Translations under genes and position numbers: made by a program
Shown here: in pieces, positions 7,262-16,808 of the stretch
Position numbering within the stretch: the stretch's first letter is position 1
Layout of the letters: each line of letters starts with the position of its first letter
Notes under the pieces: model-generated
Seen by the model: only the letters and a program-made list of their open reading frames with translations
What the model was told of the DNA's origin: nothing
Databases searched by the model: none
Assembly: GCA_964500695.1 (NCBI GenBank)
Contig: CAZCNT010000002.1
Span: 1-56,713, forward strand
Source of the DNA: an uncultured Gammaproteobacteria bacterium
GTDB taxonomy: Bacteria; Patescibacteriota; Microgenomatia; UBA8517
Reading direction: 5' to 3'
DNA: 56,713 bases

Positions 7262-9123
7262 CTATTTAATATTACTACCCTTGGATCAGAGTTTATTATC
7301 ATACCTAAATATAGAGTAAAAAGAATTACTAAAATAATCAGAACTATTTTTTGAAATCTCGAATTAACATGTTTTATCTGAAAAAGAACAATATAAGCTA
7401 TTAATATGTGTATCAATGGGTAAACTATGAGGCTTAAGACGGAATGGTTCCAAATTTTATCAAAATTAAATCGCAAGAGCGACGACGCTATTACGGAAAT
7501 AAAGTCAGTATTAACAAATGCCACAGAAAAAGGAGGTGTAATTTTAAATCCAACAAATCTTAACGCATCTACCGAAACACCTAAATAATGACTACCGGAA
7601 AAATAAGAATATCTTAAAATACTTAAGATATAATCCAACCCAAACGATAAAATGACAAGTAAACGAAGATGTTTGGATTTTAAGAAATAGAACAGAATAA
7701 ATGTTGCCACAACAATTGCCGTTTGAATTATTAATAGATTACTTACAACCGGACCGTAAAACACAAACCACCCGTAGCGAAGTCCTGATTTTAAAATCAA
7801 CCCAAAAGACGCCATGAGAAAAAATGTTCCGTACAACCATACTTCAAATTTCTTTTTCCAAAGAAAAAATATCGAAATAAATAACCAAAAGAATACATAA
7901 AAGGGATAATGCGATTCGTTGTTAGTGCTAAGTTCTTCATTGGTCAACCTTCTGTCCAGAAACGAAGAACTATCTTTAATAAAATAATCTGAAAAGGAAA
8001 CCTGTTGACTATATTTTACGAGATCTCCTAATTTTTCATTACGTCTTTCATTTTTATTTAATATCCACTTGGTTTTGGGACCCTGTAAAACAAACTCATT
8101 AATTTGAGGATATAAATGCTCATACTCAACGGCGAATTTACTCATCGATAGAAATTTAATATTTTTAAGGCTCCACAAGAAGGATAACTGTCTTTGATAC
8201 TCATCATTAAATCCGATCGACTCCATTCCCGTTTCCAAACCAATTGTTACCTGGGCAACTGGATTCTCACAGTTCAAATATGTATTTATCAGGTCTTTAA
8301 AAAAGATTGTACTTTTACCCTGTCTTATATAGTCATTCGCCTGGAATGAATAATTTGAGAAAACCGGGCCCTCACCATATGCTAAATCAGGGTGTCTTTG
8401 GGCCCATTGGATAATTGCGACATCAGCTCTTGTTTCCTCTCCTTTTGCCGGTATTAATATATTCGCCTTAGATGGAAAGTAAGGAAACCCCCACCATTGC
8501 CCCCACACTCCATAACGATCAGTTGTCTTCTGATCTGCCACAATCATCGCAGCGTTAATTCCATATTTTTCTTTCATATAGTTAAGAGAGTAGGAATCAA
8601 TCCACCAAGCTCCGACTGATTTTGGAAAATAACCATAAAAATCCTTAAAATCCAAAAACAGTTTGTCTATTAATTTTCGTCTGTCAGACTGCGAATAACC
8701 TGACAAAAATATTGCAGCAGGATTTGCCCAGTCAACTGCATGCGGATATACAACTCTTGATTTTAAAGTAAGCTCGGGGGTTACTTCTAAGAAAACCCCT
8801 ATTTCCTGATTGCTATCGAATGTTTTTGTATAATCACGAAGCTCTCCATCAATTAACGAGTCATACTGAAGTAGCCATGTCGCCGGAAATTTATATTTAT
8901 TTATTGATTCGTATTGTGTTTTAATCGGAGCCAGAGACCTGTCACCCCACATAATCCTTCCCCTAACAGGGTTAACTAAAGTTACGAATCTATTTGAACA
9001 ATTAATTGTATTTTCCGCTGCAAAAACATTCGAAAAATTAAATCCAATAAATAACCCGGCAATAATAACAGCAAAGAGTGTAAGTTTAATTAATTTTCGC
9101 ATTTTTGAATTCATTGGATACAA
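7258..9123 (-). CDS. Uncharacterised membrane protein: signal/anchor helix, ~390-aa extracytoplasmic domain, C-terminal multi-TM block
   Basis: 621-aa ORF. N-terminus is KLIKLTLFAVIIAGLFIGFNFSNVFA. The Trp/Tyr-rich middle (WGQWWGFPYFP, GAWWIDSY) suggests a carbohydrate-active fold. About 6 TM helices follow residue ~410. No family confidently recognised. Confidence 0.55.
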   Translation of the reverse strand: MYPMNSKMRKLIKLTLFAVIIAGLFIGFNFSNVFAAENTINCSNRFVTLVNPVRGRIMWGDRSLAPIKTQYESINKYKFPATWLLQYDSLIDGELRDYTKTFDSNQEIGVFLEVTPELTLKSRVVYPHAVDWANPAAIFLSGYSQSDRRKLIDKLFLDFKDFYGYFPKSVGAWWIDSYSLNYMKEKYGINAAMIVADQKTTDRYGVWGQWWGFPYFPSKANILIPAKGEETRADVAIIQWAQRHPDLAYGEGPVFSNYSFQANDYIRQGKSTIFFKDLINTYLNCENPVAQVTIGLETGMESIGFNDEYQRQLSFLWSLKNIKFLSMSKFAVEYEHLYPQINEFVLQGPKTKWILNKNERRNEKLGDLVKYSQQVSFSDYFIKDSSSFLDRRLTNEELSTNNESHYPFYVFFWLFISIFFLWKKKFEVWLYGTFFLMASFGLILKSGLRYGWFVFYGPVVSNLLIIQTAIVVATFILFYFLKSKHLRLLVILSFGLDYILSILRYSYFSGSHYLGVSVDALRFVGFKITPPFSVAFVNTDFISVIASSLLRFNFDKIWNHSVLSLIVYPLIHILIAYIVLFQIKHVNSRFQKIVLIILVILFTLYLGMIINSDPRVVILNR

Positions 9124-9124
9124 T

Positions 9125-10174
9125 TTAGGCTACAAAGTACCCTCTGACAAAAAACATTGTAAGAATAAATAAAAGTATTCCCGAAATGAACAGCCATATC
9201 TTTTTTACCCTTTCCCCAAGGAAGCTTAGGGCAATAAAGATTGGAAAAAGTACAATTATGTATCTCGGAAGTCCGGAAAAAGTCCCACTAGAAACAGGAA
9301 GAAGAAACGCCAAGATAGAAAAAATAAGATAAGAGGTTCTGACTTTCTTCTTCCAGGCAAAATAAAGAAGAAGGGAAACCCCGATAAAGGAAGTCAGTTC
9401 TAAGGCCGCAATCCACCATTCATATTGACTAACAGGAAGACTCAGAAAGATTTTAAAATACCGATAGACCGTCTGAGGAAAGAGAACAATTCCGTTTGTT
9501 ACCCTTCCATTTCCCAGTTCCGAATGGGCATTAATAAAATAAAACCAGTCACCCCACTTCTTAAAATTAAACAAAGAATAAGCAAATAAACAAATGGGGG
9601 TAATTAATAACCAAAGATTAAACTTTTTTTTCTGTACATATTGTTCATAAATAAGAGCCGGAAGAATAAAAATTCCGATAAGTCGGGTTGCAGAAAGAAG
9701 CATTCCGGCAACAGATGCCCAAAACCACATTCCCCTCCTGGCAAAGTATAAAGATAGTATTAAAAGAAGGAAAAACAAACTTTCAGAATAGACCGCTCCA
9801 AAAAAAAGGGCTGTAGGGAATAGAAGCAATATCACTAAAACATCCCAACTTGTCTTTTCCTTGTAATCAAGTCTCAAGAGCTTGTAAAAAAAGTAAAGGG
9901 AAACAAAAAAGGAAATATTTGATATTAAAAAGCCGGAGAGAAACATTTGGTTTCTAAACGAAAATATTTTTATTAGAAGAGGGTAAAGAGGAAAAAAAAC
10001 TGCCTGATTTACATAACCGTTTGCTGCGATGGAAAGATAATGAACTCCGTCAAAGTTTGCCCAGGGGTTAATAGAAAGGTAGCCTGTCCTAAATATTATA
10101 AAATATCCTGCTAAAAAAACGGGGACAAAAAGGAAAAGCCTCCAAATCACAAAAGTTTTAAATACTTTTGCCAT
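9125..10174 (-). CDS. PIG-V-like (GT-C) mannosyltransferase-family membrane protein, paralog of 47728-48894
   Basis: NFDGVHYLSIAANGY..FFPLYPLL motifs, shared with the ORF at 47728-48894 (NFDGVHYLRLAQDGY..FFPVYPLL). Polytopic. I prefer the start at ATG 10174; the track gives 10219. Confidence 0.65.
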   Translation of the reverse strand: MAKVFKTFVIWRLFLFVPVFLAGYFIIFRTGYLSINPWANFDGVHYLSIAANGYVNQAVFFPLYPLLIKIFSFRNQMFLSGFLISNISFFVSLYFFYKLLRLDYKEKTSWDVLVILLLFPTALFFGAVYSESLFFLLLILSLYFARRGMWFWASVAGMLLSATRLIGIFILPALIYEQYVQKKKFNLWLLITPICLFAYSLFNFKKWGDWFYFINAHSELGNGRVTNGIVLFPQTVYRYFKIFLSLPVSQYEWWIAALELTSFIGVSLLLYFAWKKKVRTSYLIFSILAFLLPVSSGTFSGLPRYIIVLFPIFIALSFLGERVKKIWLFISGILLFILTMFFVRGYFVA

Positions 10175-11819
10175 TTTTAAATTCCAGTTTATAAATCTTG
10201 CATTGCGTATAACATTCATTCTGAACCTCGGTAAGTTTAAAGTCTTTACTTAATTCGTCAAAAGCTTCATGCAAATAAAATTCATTCCCCAAGCCGTATG
10301 TTGAGACATAAACAGGATATCCTTCCAATAGATATTTTTTGTAAATACCATGAAAGTCTGAATAGTCCTCGTATCCCCAGGCCGCCTCTTTGCTTTGTCT
10401 AAACTCTTGGTCTTTATCCAACGGTAAAAGTCTGTAATTACCATTGGAATAAAAATCTATGTAATAAGGAGGCATAGGTGAAATAACATATGGCATTTTA
10501 TCACCCAAGAATTTTCCCTTGGTAAAATAATCATTTAATCTTAATACCGAAATGTAATACCACGGGGTTTCCGCATATTTGAGATTAAGTGCGGTTTGAT
10601 ATCTAAGTCTTTGAAAATTCTTAAAAATATAAAGCCCCCCGATTATAAAAATACCTAATACGAAAACTGCATACAACTTTTTCTTACTGAGAAAATCCTT
10701 AACACAAAACAAAAAAAGGGAAATCCCCAATATTAGTGTCGGAACGGAATGGTAGATATATCTCATGTCTTGTGTACTAAATGTCGAAATAAATATTAGC
10801 GGAAGAGCCAACAGGAGCATAAGAGAAAACGAAAAATATCTCACCCCTTTTTTGAAAAGCCCCATAAACATACCTGTCCACGCAGGAAATATTAGATATT
10901 TGGGCAACAGGGGTGTGTAATCCCACAAAAACCGGGCTTTTTCTCCCAAGAGTCCCCTTACGTAAATAGGAAAATTTTTTTGAAAAAAAAGTTCTGAAAA
11001 CCATCCTCCGGAACCAACAAATTTATCACTTCCAATAACCAAATTGGCATTTCCGAAAGAAAAAGTTCCAACCAAAATATTAAAGTATCGAATCAGAGGA
11101 TTAATTTCTTGCATATATGATTGATAAATCAGAATAGGAAGAAATAATATTGAACTTAGAAGAATAAATAAGATCCCCAGCCTAACTCTATCGGTCTTCT
11201 TTTCCCATATCACCTTCAAAACGTAAAGGGCGACAAAAGTGCCGGCAAGGGGCAGGTACGCGTACTTTGTTGAATAAGACAAAAATGGAATTATCGAAGC
11301 AAAAATTATATTTGTCTTACTAACAGGTTTTATCAGAAGAAGAACAGCAAAAAGAAATATCGGTAAAATAAGATTTTCCGCCATAGCCCACTGGGGGTAC
11401 CAATACATATAGAAATTAGTGGTAAACAGAAAAAGACTTATGCCGATAATCCATTTGTCCTTTATGGCCAGTTTAAGAATCAGAAATAACAGATAGATCG
11501 AAAGCAAGGCAAGTGCCACATTGGCAAAATAATAGGTTCTCGGGTCGTTATTAACTAAGTAGAAAGGGGCAAGAAAGGCCGAATATAGCGGCGGTACGCT
11601 GGGGTTAATTACCCTCTCCTCTCTTATTATTTTGAATAGTCCGCCACTTACCATACTTCTAGCCGGCACAACATAATGCATGGAGTCGGGATAGGGTTCA
11701 AGATTTGGTATTAGGGTCCTTTGAGAATAAGGATTCCTGGCCAAAAGTACAAGAAAAACCACAACCGAGCTTAGAAAGAACAAGTCAACCAAACTTCTCA
11801 TCCTCAAAGATTTTAGCAT
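10158..11819 (-). CDS. Candidate GT-C-like polytopic membrane protein with a C-terminal soluble domain
   Basis: 553 aa. About 11 TM helices followed by a ~150-aa Tyr-rich C-terminal domain. The first loop contains EPYPDSMHY. The family assignment is tentative. Confidence 0.5.
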   Translation of the reverse strand: MLKSLRMRSLVDLFFLSSVVVFLVLLARNPYSQRTLIPNLEPYPDSMHYVVPARSMVSGGLFKIIREERVINPSVPPLYSAFLAPFYLVNNDPRTYYFANVALALLSIYLLFLILKLAIKDKWIIGISLFLFTTNFYMYWYPQWAMAENLILPIFLFAVLLLIKPVSKTNIIFASIIPFLSYSTKYAYLPLAGTFVALYVLKVIWEKKTDRVRLGILFILLSSILFLPILIYQSYMQEINPLIRYFNILVGTFSFGNANLVIGSDKFVGSGGWFSELFFQKNFPIYVRGLLGEKARFLWDYTPLLPKYLIFPAWTGMFMGLFKKGVRYFSFSLMLLLALPLIFISTFSTQDMRYIYHSVPTLILGISLFLFCVKDFLSKKKLYAVFVLGIFIIGGLYIFKNFQRLRYQTALNLKYAETPWYYISVLRLNDYFTKGKFLGDKMPYVISPMPPYYIDFYSNGNYRLLPLDKDQEFRQSKEAAWGYEDYSDFHGIYKKYLLEGYPVYVSTYGLGNEFYLHEAFDELSKDFKLTEVQNECYTQCKIYKLEFKNGKSI

Positions 11820-11840
11820 TTAGTTATATAATTACCAAAA

Positions 11841-12512
11841 GTGATCATCTCAATTCACATACCTAAAAACGCTGGGGTAAGTTTCTATTCAACCCTTAAA
11901 GATATTTATAAAAACCGTTTGCAAATCGACTATCAGGATAAAATAGGCTCTATTGAATATTTGAGAAGAAATTTTGAAAAATACCCAAAAATAAAAAATT
12001 ACACTACCATTATTCATGGTCACTTTCAGGCTGAAAAATATCTAAAAAAATATCCACACGCGCAATTTATCACTTGGTTTCGGGATCCGGTAGAAAGAAT
12101 TGTCTCTCTTTATTACTTTTGGAAAAGAAAACCTGATTATAAAAACTCGACGTGTGTGAAAATGCTCGAAAAAAAGTTTAGCCTTTTAGAATTTGCCAGT
12201 ATGCCAGAAGTCAGAGATATGCAACCATATCTAATCAAGCCACTCAATTTAACAGATTTTAAATTTTTTGGGATAGTCGAACATTATTACATGAGTATGT
12301 TTTTATTTAAAAGTTCGATGGGTATCAGAAAACTTAACATTCATTACGAAAACGTTAATCCCAACAAGAAAAACGAAATGTATAATACAAGCCGCGAAGA
12401 AAGGAAAAGGATTAGAAACCTTAACAGAGAAGGTGCCAGGCTTTATCAAAAAGCTAAATTATTGTTTTACGCAAGATTCCTGTTCGCCGTCCTTAACCGT
12501 TTAATAGTATAA
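11841..12512 (+). CDS. Sulfotransferase family protein (family-2-like)
   Basis: N-terminal IHIPKNAGVSF matches the HIPKtgGtS PAPS 5'-phosphosulfate-binding loop of this family. GTG start. 223 aa. Confidence 0.6.
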   Translation: MIISIHIPKNAGVSFYSTLKDIYKNRLQIDYQDKIGSIEYLRRNFEKYPKIKNYTTIIHGHFQAEKYLKKYPHAQFITWFRDPVERIVSLYYFWKRKPDYKNSTCVKMLEKKFSLLEFASMPEVRDMQPYLIKPLNLTDFKFFGIVEHYYMSMFLFKSSMGIRKLNIHYENVNPNKKNEMYNTSREERKRIRNLNREGARLYQKAKLLFYARFLFAVLNRLIV

Positions 12513-12522
12513 TTACCTAAGT

Positions 12523-12867
12523 ATGAAATTCTTTCTTCTTGGCAGCTCTATGATTTTGGCTATTGTCGGTCAATTTTTATTGAAAAAAGGTATTCTATTA
12601 TCAAACCTTGCGCCAAATCTTGGATCTCTCATTAAAACCGTCTTTTCTCCTTTTGTTTTTTTTGGATTTATTGCCTACGGAGTATCCGCAATTATTTGGC
12701 TATTTGTTCTTCAAAAATTCCCTCTCTCTACCGCCTACCCCGCCCTTTCTTTGACCTATCTGGTTATTGTAGCCTTAAGCGTTATATTTCTGAAAGAACC
12801 AGTTACTCCTTTTAAGTTGGTTGGAATATTATTGATAATCTTAGGTGTATACTTCCTTTTTAAATGA
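12523..12867 (+). CDS. Small 4-TM DMT/EamA-half transporter, ArnE/ArnF-like candidate lipid-linked-sugar flippase
   Basis: 114 aa with four hydrophobic helices and an LSTAYP motif. Sits immediately upstream of two Dpm1/ArnC-like GT2 genes and overlaps the first. Confidence 0.6.
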   Translation: MKFFLLGSSMILAIVGQFLLKKGILLSNLAPNLGSLIKTVFSPFVFFGFIAYGVSAIIWLFVLQKFPLSTAYPALSLTYLVIVALSVIFLKEPVTPFKLVGILLIILGVYFLFK

Positions 12868-13592
12868 CAATACTCAAAACCATTTCTATTGTTATCCCCG
12901 TATACAATGAAGAGAAGTTTATTAAAAAAACAATAGAGGAAGTTATTAAAGCCGATTCTCTGGGATTAAAAAAGGAAATTGTTGTTGTAGACGATGGTAG
13001 TACGGATTCCACTACCTTAATTCTCAAGAAAATTAAGAATAAATCTGTAAAAAATAATCTAGTACTCATCCTCAAGAAAAAAAATGAAGGGAAAGGTGCA
13101 GCTCTCAAGGACGGATTCAAAAATACTTCGGGAGACATTGTTTTGGTGCAAGATGCCGACTTGGAATACAATCCTAATAACTATTCAAATCTTCTTATGC
13201 CAATTATTTCAGGACAAGCAGACGTAGTTTATGGATCAAGACTTGTTACGGCGGCACCACATAGGGTTCTATACTACTGGCACTATCTCGCAAACAAATT
13301 TCTGACTAGTTTTTCAAACGTGTTAACCAACCTTAACCTCACAGATATGGAAACAGGCTTTAAGATCTTTCGTGGAGATATTGTCAGGAAAATCGCCCCA
13401 AAACTGCAAAGTAAGAGGTTTGGTTTTGAACCGGAGATTACTGCAAGAATATCAAAAATAAGCGAAATTAAGATTTACGAGGTGGGAATTTCGTATTCCG
13501 GCAGAACCTACAAAGAAGGAAAAAAGATTACATGGAAAGACGGTGTCAAAGCCCTCTTTGAAATTATCAAATATAATCTATTTACTAGCTAA
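12864..13592 (+). CDS. GT2, Dpm1/ArnC-like polyprenyl-phosphate sugar synthase
   Basis: ISIVIPVYNEE..VVVDDGSTDST..GKGAALKDGF..VQDADLEYNP. Confidence 0.85.
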   Translation: MTILKTISIVIPVYNEEKFIKKTIEEVIKADSLGLKKEIVVVDDGSTDSTTLILKKIKNKSVKNNLVLILKKKNEGKGAALKDGFKNTSGDIVLVQDADLEYNPNNYSNLLMPIISGQADVVYGSRLVTAAPHRVLYYWHYLANKFLTSFSNVLTNLNLTDMETGFKIFRGDIVRKIAPKLQSKRFGFEPEITARISKISEIKIYEVGISYSGRTYKEGKKITWKDGVKALFEIIKYNLFTS

Positions 13593-13593
13593 C

Positions 13594-14307
13594 ATGCCTG
13601 TCAAAAAAACAAAAGAGGTTTCCCTAATAATTCCGGCCTTCAACGAAGAAAAAACTATCAAATCAATACTCGATAGATGCTTTAGCCTTGATTATGTAAA
13701 GCAAATAGTCGTTGTAAACGACGGATCAACGGACAACACAAAAGAAATTTTAGAAAAGATAAAGGAATCAAGAAGACACAAAAGTGTCGAGTTGTTTATA
13801 GTCCACCATACATTAAATTCGGGGAAAGGTGCCGCCATCAAAACCGGATTAAAGTACGTGAACGGAGAATATGTAATGATTCAAGACGCAGATCTTGAAT
13901 ACTCACCTGAGGATGTCAAAAACCTTCTCATTGAAGCCAATCGCTCGGAAGATAAAATCGTCTTTGGATCCAGAGGACATAATAAACGAAAGAGTTATTT
14001 TCTTGCATTGCTGGGAAATTATTATTTAAGCCTAATGTTTAATATACTATTTAACTACCGTCTAGAAGACAGTTATACTTGTTACAAACTTATTCCCAGA
14101 AAAATTTGGAAGGAATTGAACTTAAAGTCAACCGGATTCGAAATTGATTCCGAACTAATAGCAAAAATGGGGGTAAGGGGCTATAAAATTAAAGAGGTTC
14201 CCATCTCCTACAAACCCAGGACATTTCAGGAAGGCAAAAAAATCAGATGGACCGACGTACTCAAGGCTTCGAAGGTTGCTTTGGAAGTTCGCCTTAGAGG
14301 ATCTTAA
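13594..14307 (+). CDS. GT2, Dpm1/ArnC-like polyprenyl-phosphate sugar synthase (tandem paralog)
   Basis: VSLIIPAFNEE..VVVNDGSTDNT..GKGAAIKTGL..IQDADLEYSP. I prefer ATG 13594, one nt after the upstream stop, over the track start at 13543. Confidence 0.85.
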   Translation: MPVKKTKEVSLIIPAFNEEKTIKSILDRCFSLDYVKQIVVVNDGSTDNTKEILEKIKESRRHKSVELFIVHHTLNSGKGAAIKTGLKYVNGEYVMIQDADLEYSPEDVKNLLIEANRSEDKIVFGSRGHNKRKSYFLALLGNYYLSLMFNILFNYRLEDSYTCYKLIPRKIWKELNLKSTGFEIDSELIAKMGVRGYKIKEVPISYKPRTFQEGKKIRWTDVLKASKVALEVRLRGS

Positions 14308-14383
14308 GAGGATCAATAATTTACATTTCTTCCACTCTTTCCATTTATACAATACAACTCGAACCTCAAGCTTTTCCAAATTG

Positions 14384-14392
14384 TGTTAGAAT
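14384..14392 (+). promoter_or_regulatory. Candidate extended -10 box (tgttagaat) upstream of the radical-SAM operon
   Basis: TGnTAGAAT match lying 29 nt upstream of ATG 14422, in the only sizeable spacer (14308-14421) of this block. No good -35. Confidence 0.3.
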
Positions 14393-14421
14393 AGAAAAAT
14401 TTCCGACAATAAGAGAAATAT

Positions 14422-16104
14422 ATGACTCCAGAATACGTATCCGCAGAAACTGTATTTAATAGAGAGTTTGAAGCCCAAAAAGAGAAGGTCAGGGGCGTTT
14501 CTGTCTGTTTAATCACCCCTCCGTCACCGTTTTTGGCAGATGAAAGGGTTTTTCCGTTCCTTGCCCCCGCTAAAATAGCTGCAGAACTCATGAGAAATTC
14601 AAATCCCGTTGAACTGCTTGACCTCTCCGGATATTCTAACTTTCTGGATGTCACCAGGGAATACCTCCAAGACACTTCTATTCGCACTTTTGGGATCACT
14701 GCCACAAGCCCCCAAGTCCCCGCTGCCGTTGCCATAAGAGACGAAATTAAAGCGGCTTATCCAGACGCAAAAGTTATACTCGGAGGCCCACATGTTACTT
14801 TGACCCACGAGGCTATGAAACAGAACGTCAAATCCGGTACTACCGGGAGGGGAATCCACGATTTTGCAGAAATATCAGGTAGATTTGATAAATTAGTCGC
14901 CGGGGATGGTGAAATGGCCATTTTTTATGCGATTGATCCTTCGGATTCTAAAACCATCATCGACTCTTCCACTCCAACATCTCCCCTCTTCATGGCAAAA
15001 GGGAGTTTGGAAAAGTTTGGCTATCCGGCACGTCATATGATAGACCTTGATAGCTACCACTATTTTATAGATGGCCACAGAGCTTTTAGTCTGATCGCGC
15101 AGCTTGGATGTCCATTCGAATGTGGGTTCTGTGGAGGTCGAGATGTTGCTGCGTATAGAATTGCTCGGACAAGACCTATTGATAGCATATCGGAAGAAAT
15201 ACGGGAAGTAGTCTATAATTCAATTGACAGAGCCCTTCTTGATAACGATCCTAAAAAAGTATTAACCGGTGTCATGTTCTATGATGATGAGTTAAATGTC
15301 TCTCCGGCAAATTTAGAAAATCTTTGTATAGCACTCATCGATTTCCAAAAAAAATTAGCCCACCAAATTCCTGAGGATAAAAAGGAATGGCTTGGACTAA
15401 AAACAGAGGGCAGTGGTAATGACAAAAGAATTGCCATGAGGTTCAGGGGGTTTGTCAAAGCTGAGCTTTTCAGTCAAGAGCAGGCTAATCTGATGCACGA
15501 AGCGGGATTCAGAGTTTTACTAAGCGGGATCGAGTCGGGGTCAAATAAAATTCTCTCTGCTATGAAAAAACACACAACGAGAGAGATAAACAGCCGATGT
15601 GTTACCTTTGCACACAATGCCGGACTTAAGTTTAAAGCACTTATGTCTATTGGACACCCGGGAGAATCGGAAGAAACAATAAACGAGTCCATAGAGTGGG
15701 TTTTAGCAAACCTTAAAGAAGGGGACGAAGTTGACTGGACAATTATTACTCAGTACCCCGGTTCACCCTATTACGACCAATCGAATTACATTCCGGAAAA
15801 AAACGCGTGGCTATTTTCCGCTCAAGACAAAACAACTGGAGAAATACTGAATCTGTGGAGCAGGGCAACTAACTACATCGCCGATACACATTTTTATAAA
15901 GGCATTCCCGGGCAATACACCGCCTATGTATGGACAGACAAGCTTTCAAGTGTCGATCTGGTCAGACTCAGAGACAATGCAGAACAAATTACCAGAAGTG
16001 CCCTAAATATGCCATTTATAGAACAGGTTACTGCACGTCATTTTGAACATTCAATGGGTCAGGGATTGTCACACACGGCCTTAAGAAAATCCTCTGATTT
16101 CTAA
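14422..16104 (+). CDS. B12-binding-domain radical SAM enzyme (class B-like)
   Basis: CPFECGFC (CxxxCxxC) cluster at about residue 230. It follows a Rossmann-like N-terminal domain (..ITATSPQVPAAVAIRDEIK..VILGGPHVT), as in B12-binding radical-SAM proteins. 560 aa. Confidence 0.85.
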   Translation: MTPEYVSAETVFNREFEAQKEKVRGVSVCLITPPSPFLADERVFPFLAPAKIAAELMRNSNPVELLDLSGYSNFLDVTREYLQDTSIRTFGITATSPQVPAAVAIRDEIKAAYPDAKVILGGPHVTLTHEAMKQNVKSGTTGRGIHDFAEISGRFDKLVAGDGEMAIFYAIDPSDSKTIIDSSTPTSPLFMAKGSLEKFGYPARHMIDLDSYHYFIDGHRAFSLIAQLGCPFECGFCGGRDVAAYRIARTRPIDSISEEIREVVYNSIDRALLDNDPKKVLTGVMFYDDELNVSPANLENLCIALIDFQKKLAHQIPEDKKEWLGLKTEGSGNDKRIAMRFRGFVKAELFSQEQANLMHEAGFRVLLSGIESGSNKILSAMKKHTTREINSRCVTFAHNAGLKFKALMSIGHPGESEETINESIEWVLANLKEGDEVDWTIITQYPGSPYYDQSNYIPEKNAWLFSAQDKTTGEILNLWSRATNYIADTHFYKGIPGQYTAYVWTDKLSSVDLVRLRDNAEQITRSALNMPFIEQVTARHFEHSMGQGLSHTALRKSSDF

Positions 16105-16205
16105 TCCACTCTATGAAAGTGGTTAGTTTGTCTCCAGATAACCAGATTGTCAATCAGGCATATTAACTGAATTTTTCTGTTACAATAAATGAAGTAATTG
16201 ACATT

Positions 16206-16808
16206 ATGGAATTCTTTGAAGAAGAACTTTTGGAGCCAATAATTAGGCCAATCAGGTTTGCGAAGGGGCTAAAAAATATAGGACGTAAAAATCCTGTGAT
16301 ATTGGCAGATTTAGGATGTGGTCCAAAAATAAGATTTTACAATTACGCAACAATGCATAATATTCATTTTTCAAAATATATAGGAATTGACCCTCTCCTA
16401 TCCGATCGCATGATGAAAATAAACAGAAGAAAAAACATTCTTCTGATAAAGGATCCGTTAAAAAATCGAATTCCCCTTAAAAATAACTCTGTAGATTATA
16501 TTACTGGCTTTGCGTTTATCGAACATGTTGTGAACCCTGTCGAAATATTAAATGATGCATTAAGAGTTCTAAAACCTGGAGGAAAAGCAATTTTTACTAC
16601 TCCGACAAAAAAAGCAAAAGGGGTTCTTGAATTTCTGTCTTTCAAGCTTGGCATAATTAGTAAGGCCGGGGTACGCGAACACAAAAACTATTTTGAAAAA
16701 AAGGATCTGATGAGTATGGTAAATGCAAAAGCGTTTTCCACCCGCTATGAATACTTCGAATTCGGCTTTAATAGCCTTTTTGTGATAGAAAAAACTCATG
16801 GGCAGTAA
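16206..16808 (+). CDS. Class I SAM-dependent methyltransferase
   Basis: LADLGCGPK (motif I) and LKPGGKAIFTTP (post-II). Confidence 0.85.
   Translation: MEFFEEELLEPIIRPIRFAKGLKNIGRKNPVILADLGCGPKIRFYNYATMHNIHFSKYIGIDPLLSDRMMKINRRKNILLIKDPLKNRIPLKNNSVDYITGFAFIEHVVNPVEILNDALRVLKPGGKAIFTTPTKKAKGVLEFLSFKLGIISKAGVREHKNYFEKKDLMSMVNAKAFSTRYEYFEFGFNSLFVIEKTHGQ

Noticed and set aside
13543-13593. Long N-terminal extensions suggested by the ORF track (starts at 13543, 27440, 31913, 40980, 45749, 5861 and 10219).
   Set aside because: The extensions overlap the preceding gene and carry no family sequence. In each case an internal ATG lies immediately next to the upstream stop, right before the conserved N-terminal motif.
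14308-14421. Cobalamin riboswitch upstream of the B12-binding radical-SAM genes (also checked 28325-28385).
   Set aside because: The spacers are short (114 and 61 bp) and AT-rich. They contain nothing resembling the conserved B12-box or the paired GC-rich stems of that riboswitch.
12860-14735. Track ORFs antisense to, or out of frame with, the long genes. Examples: 12860-13171, 14155-14379, 14313-14735, 14599-14859. Others include 1268-1468, 2262-2627, 4807-5576, 25972-26322, 33597-34325, 44141-44473 and 45415-45741.
   Set aside because: Each is fully contained in, or shadows, a longer ORF with clear family motifs on the other strand or frame. Their translations are low-complexity with no recognisable motifs. 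AT-rich genomes generate such shadow ORFs by chance.
16106-16122. Rho-independent terminator after the first radical-SAM gene (ccact..agtgg hairpin).
   Set aside because: The stem is only 5 bp, the loop is 7 nt and there is no following T-run, so it is too weak to call. No convincing intrinsic terminators were seen anywhere, including at the zero-gap convergent junction 26376/26377.
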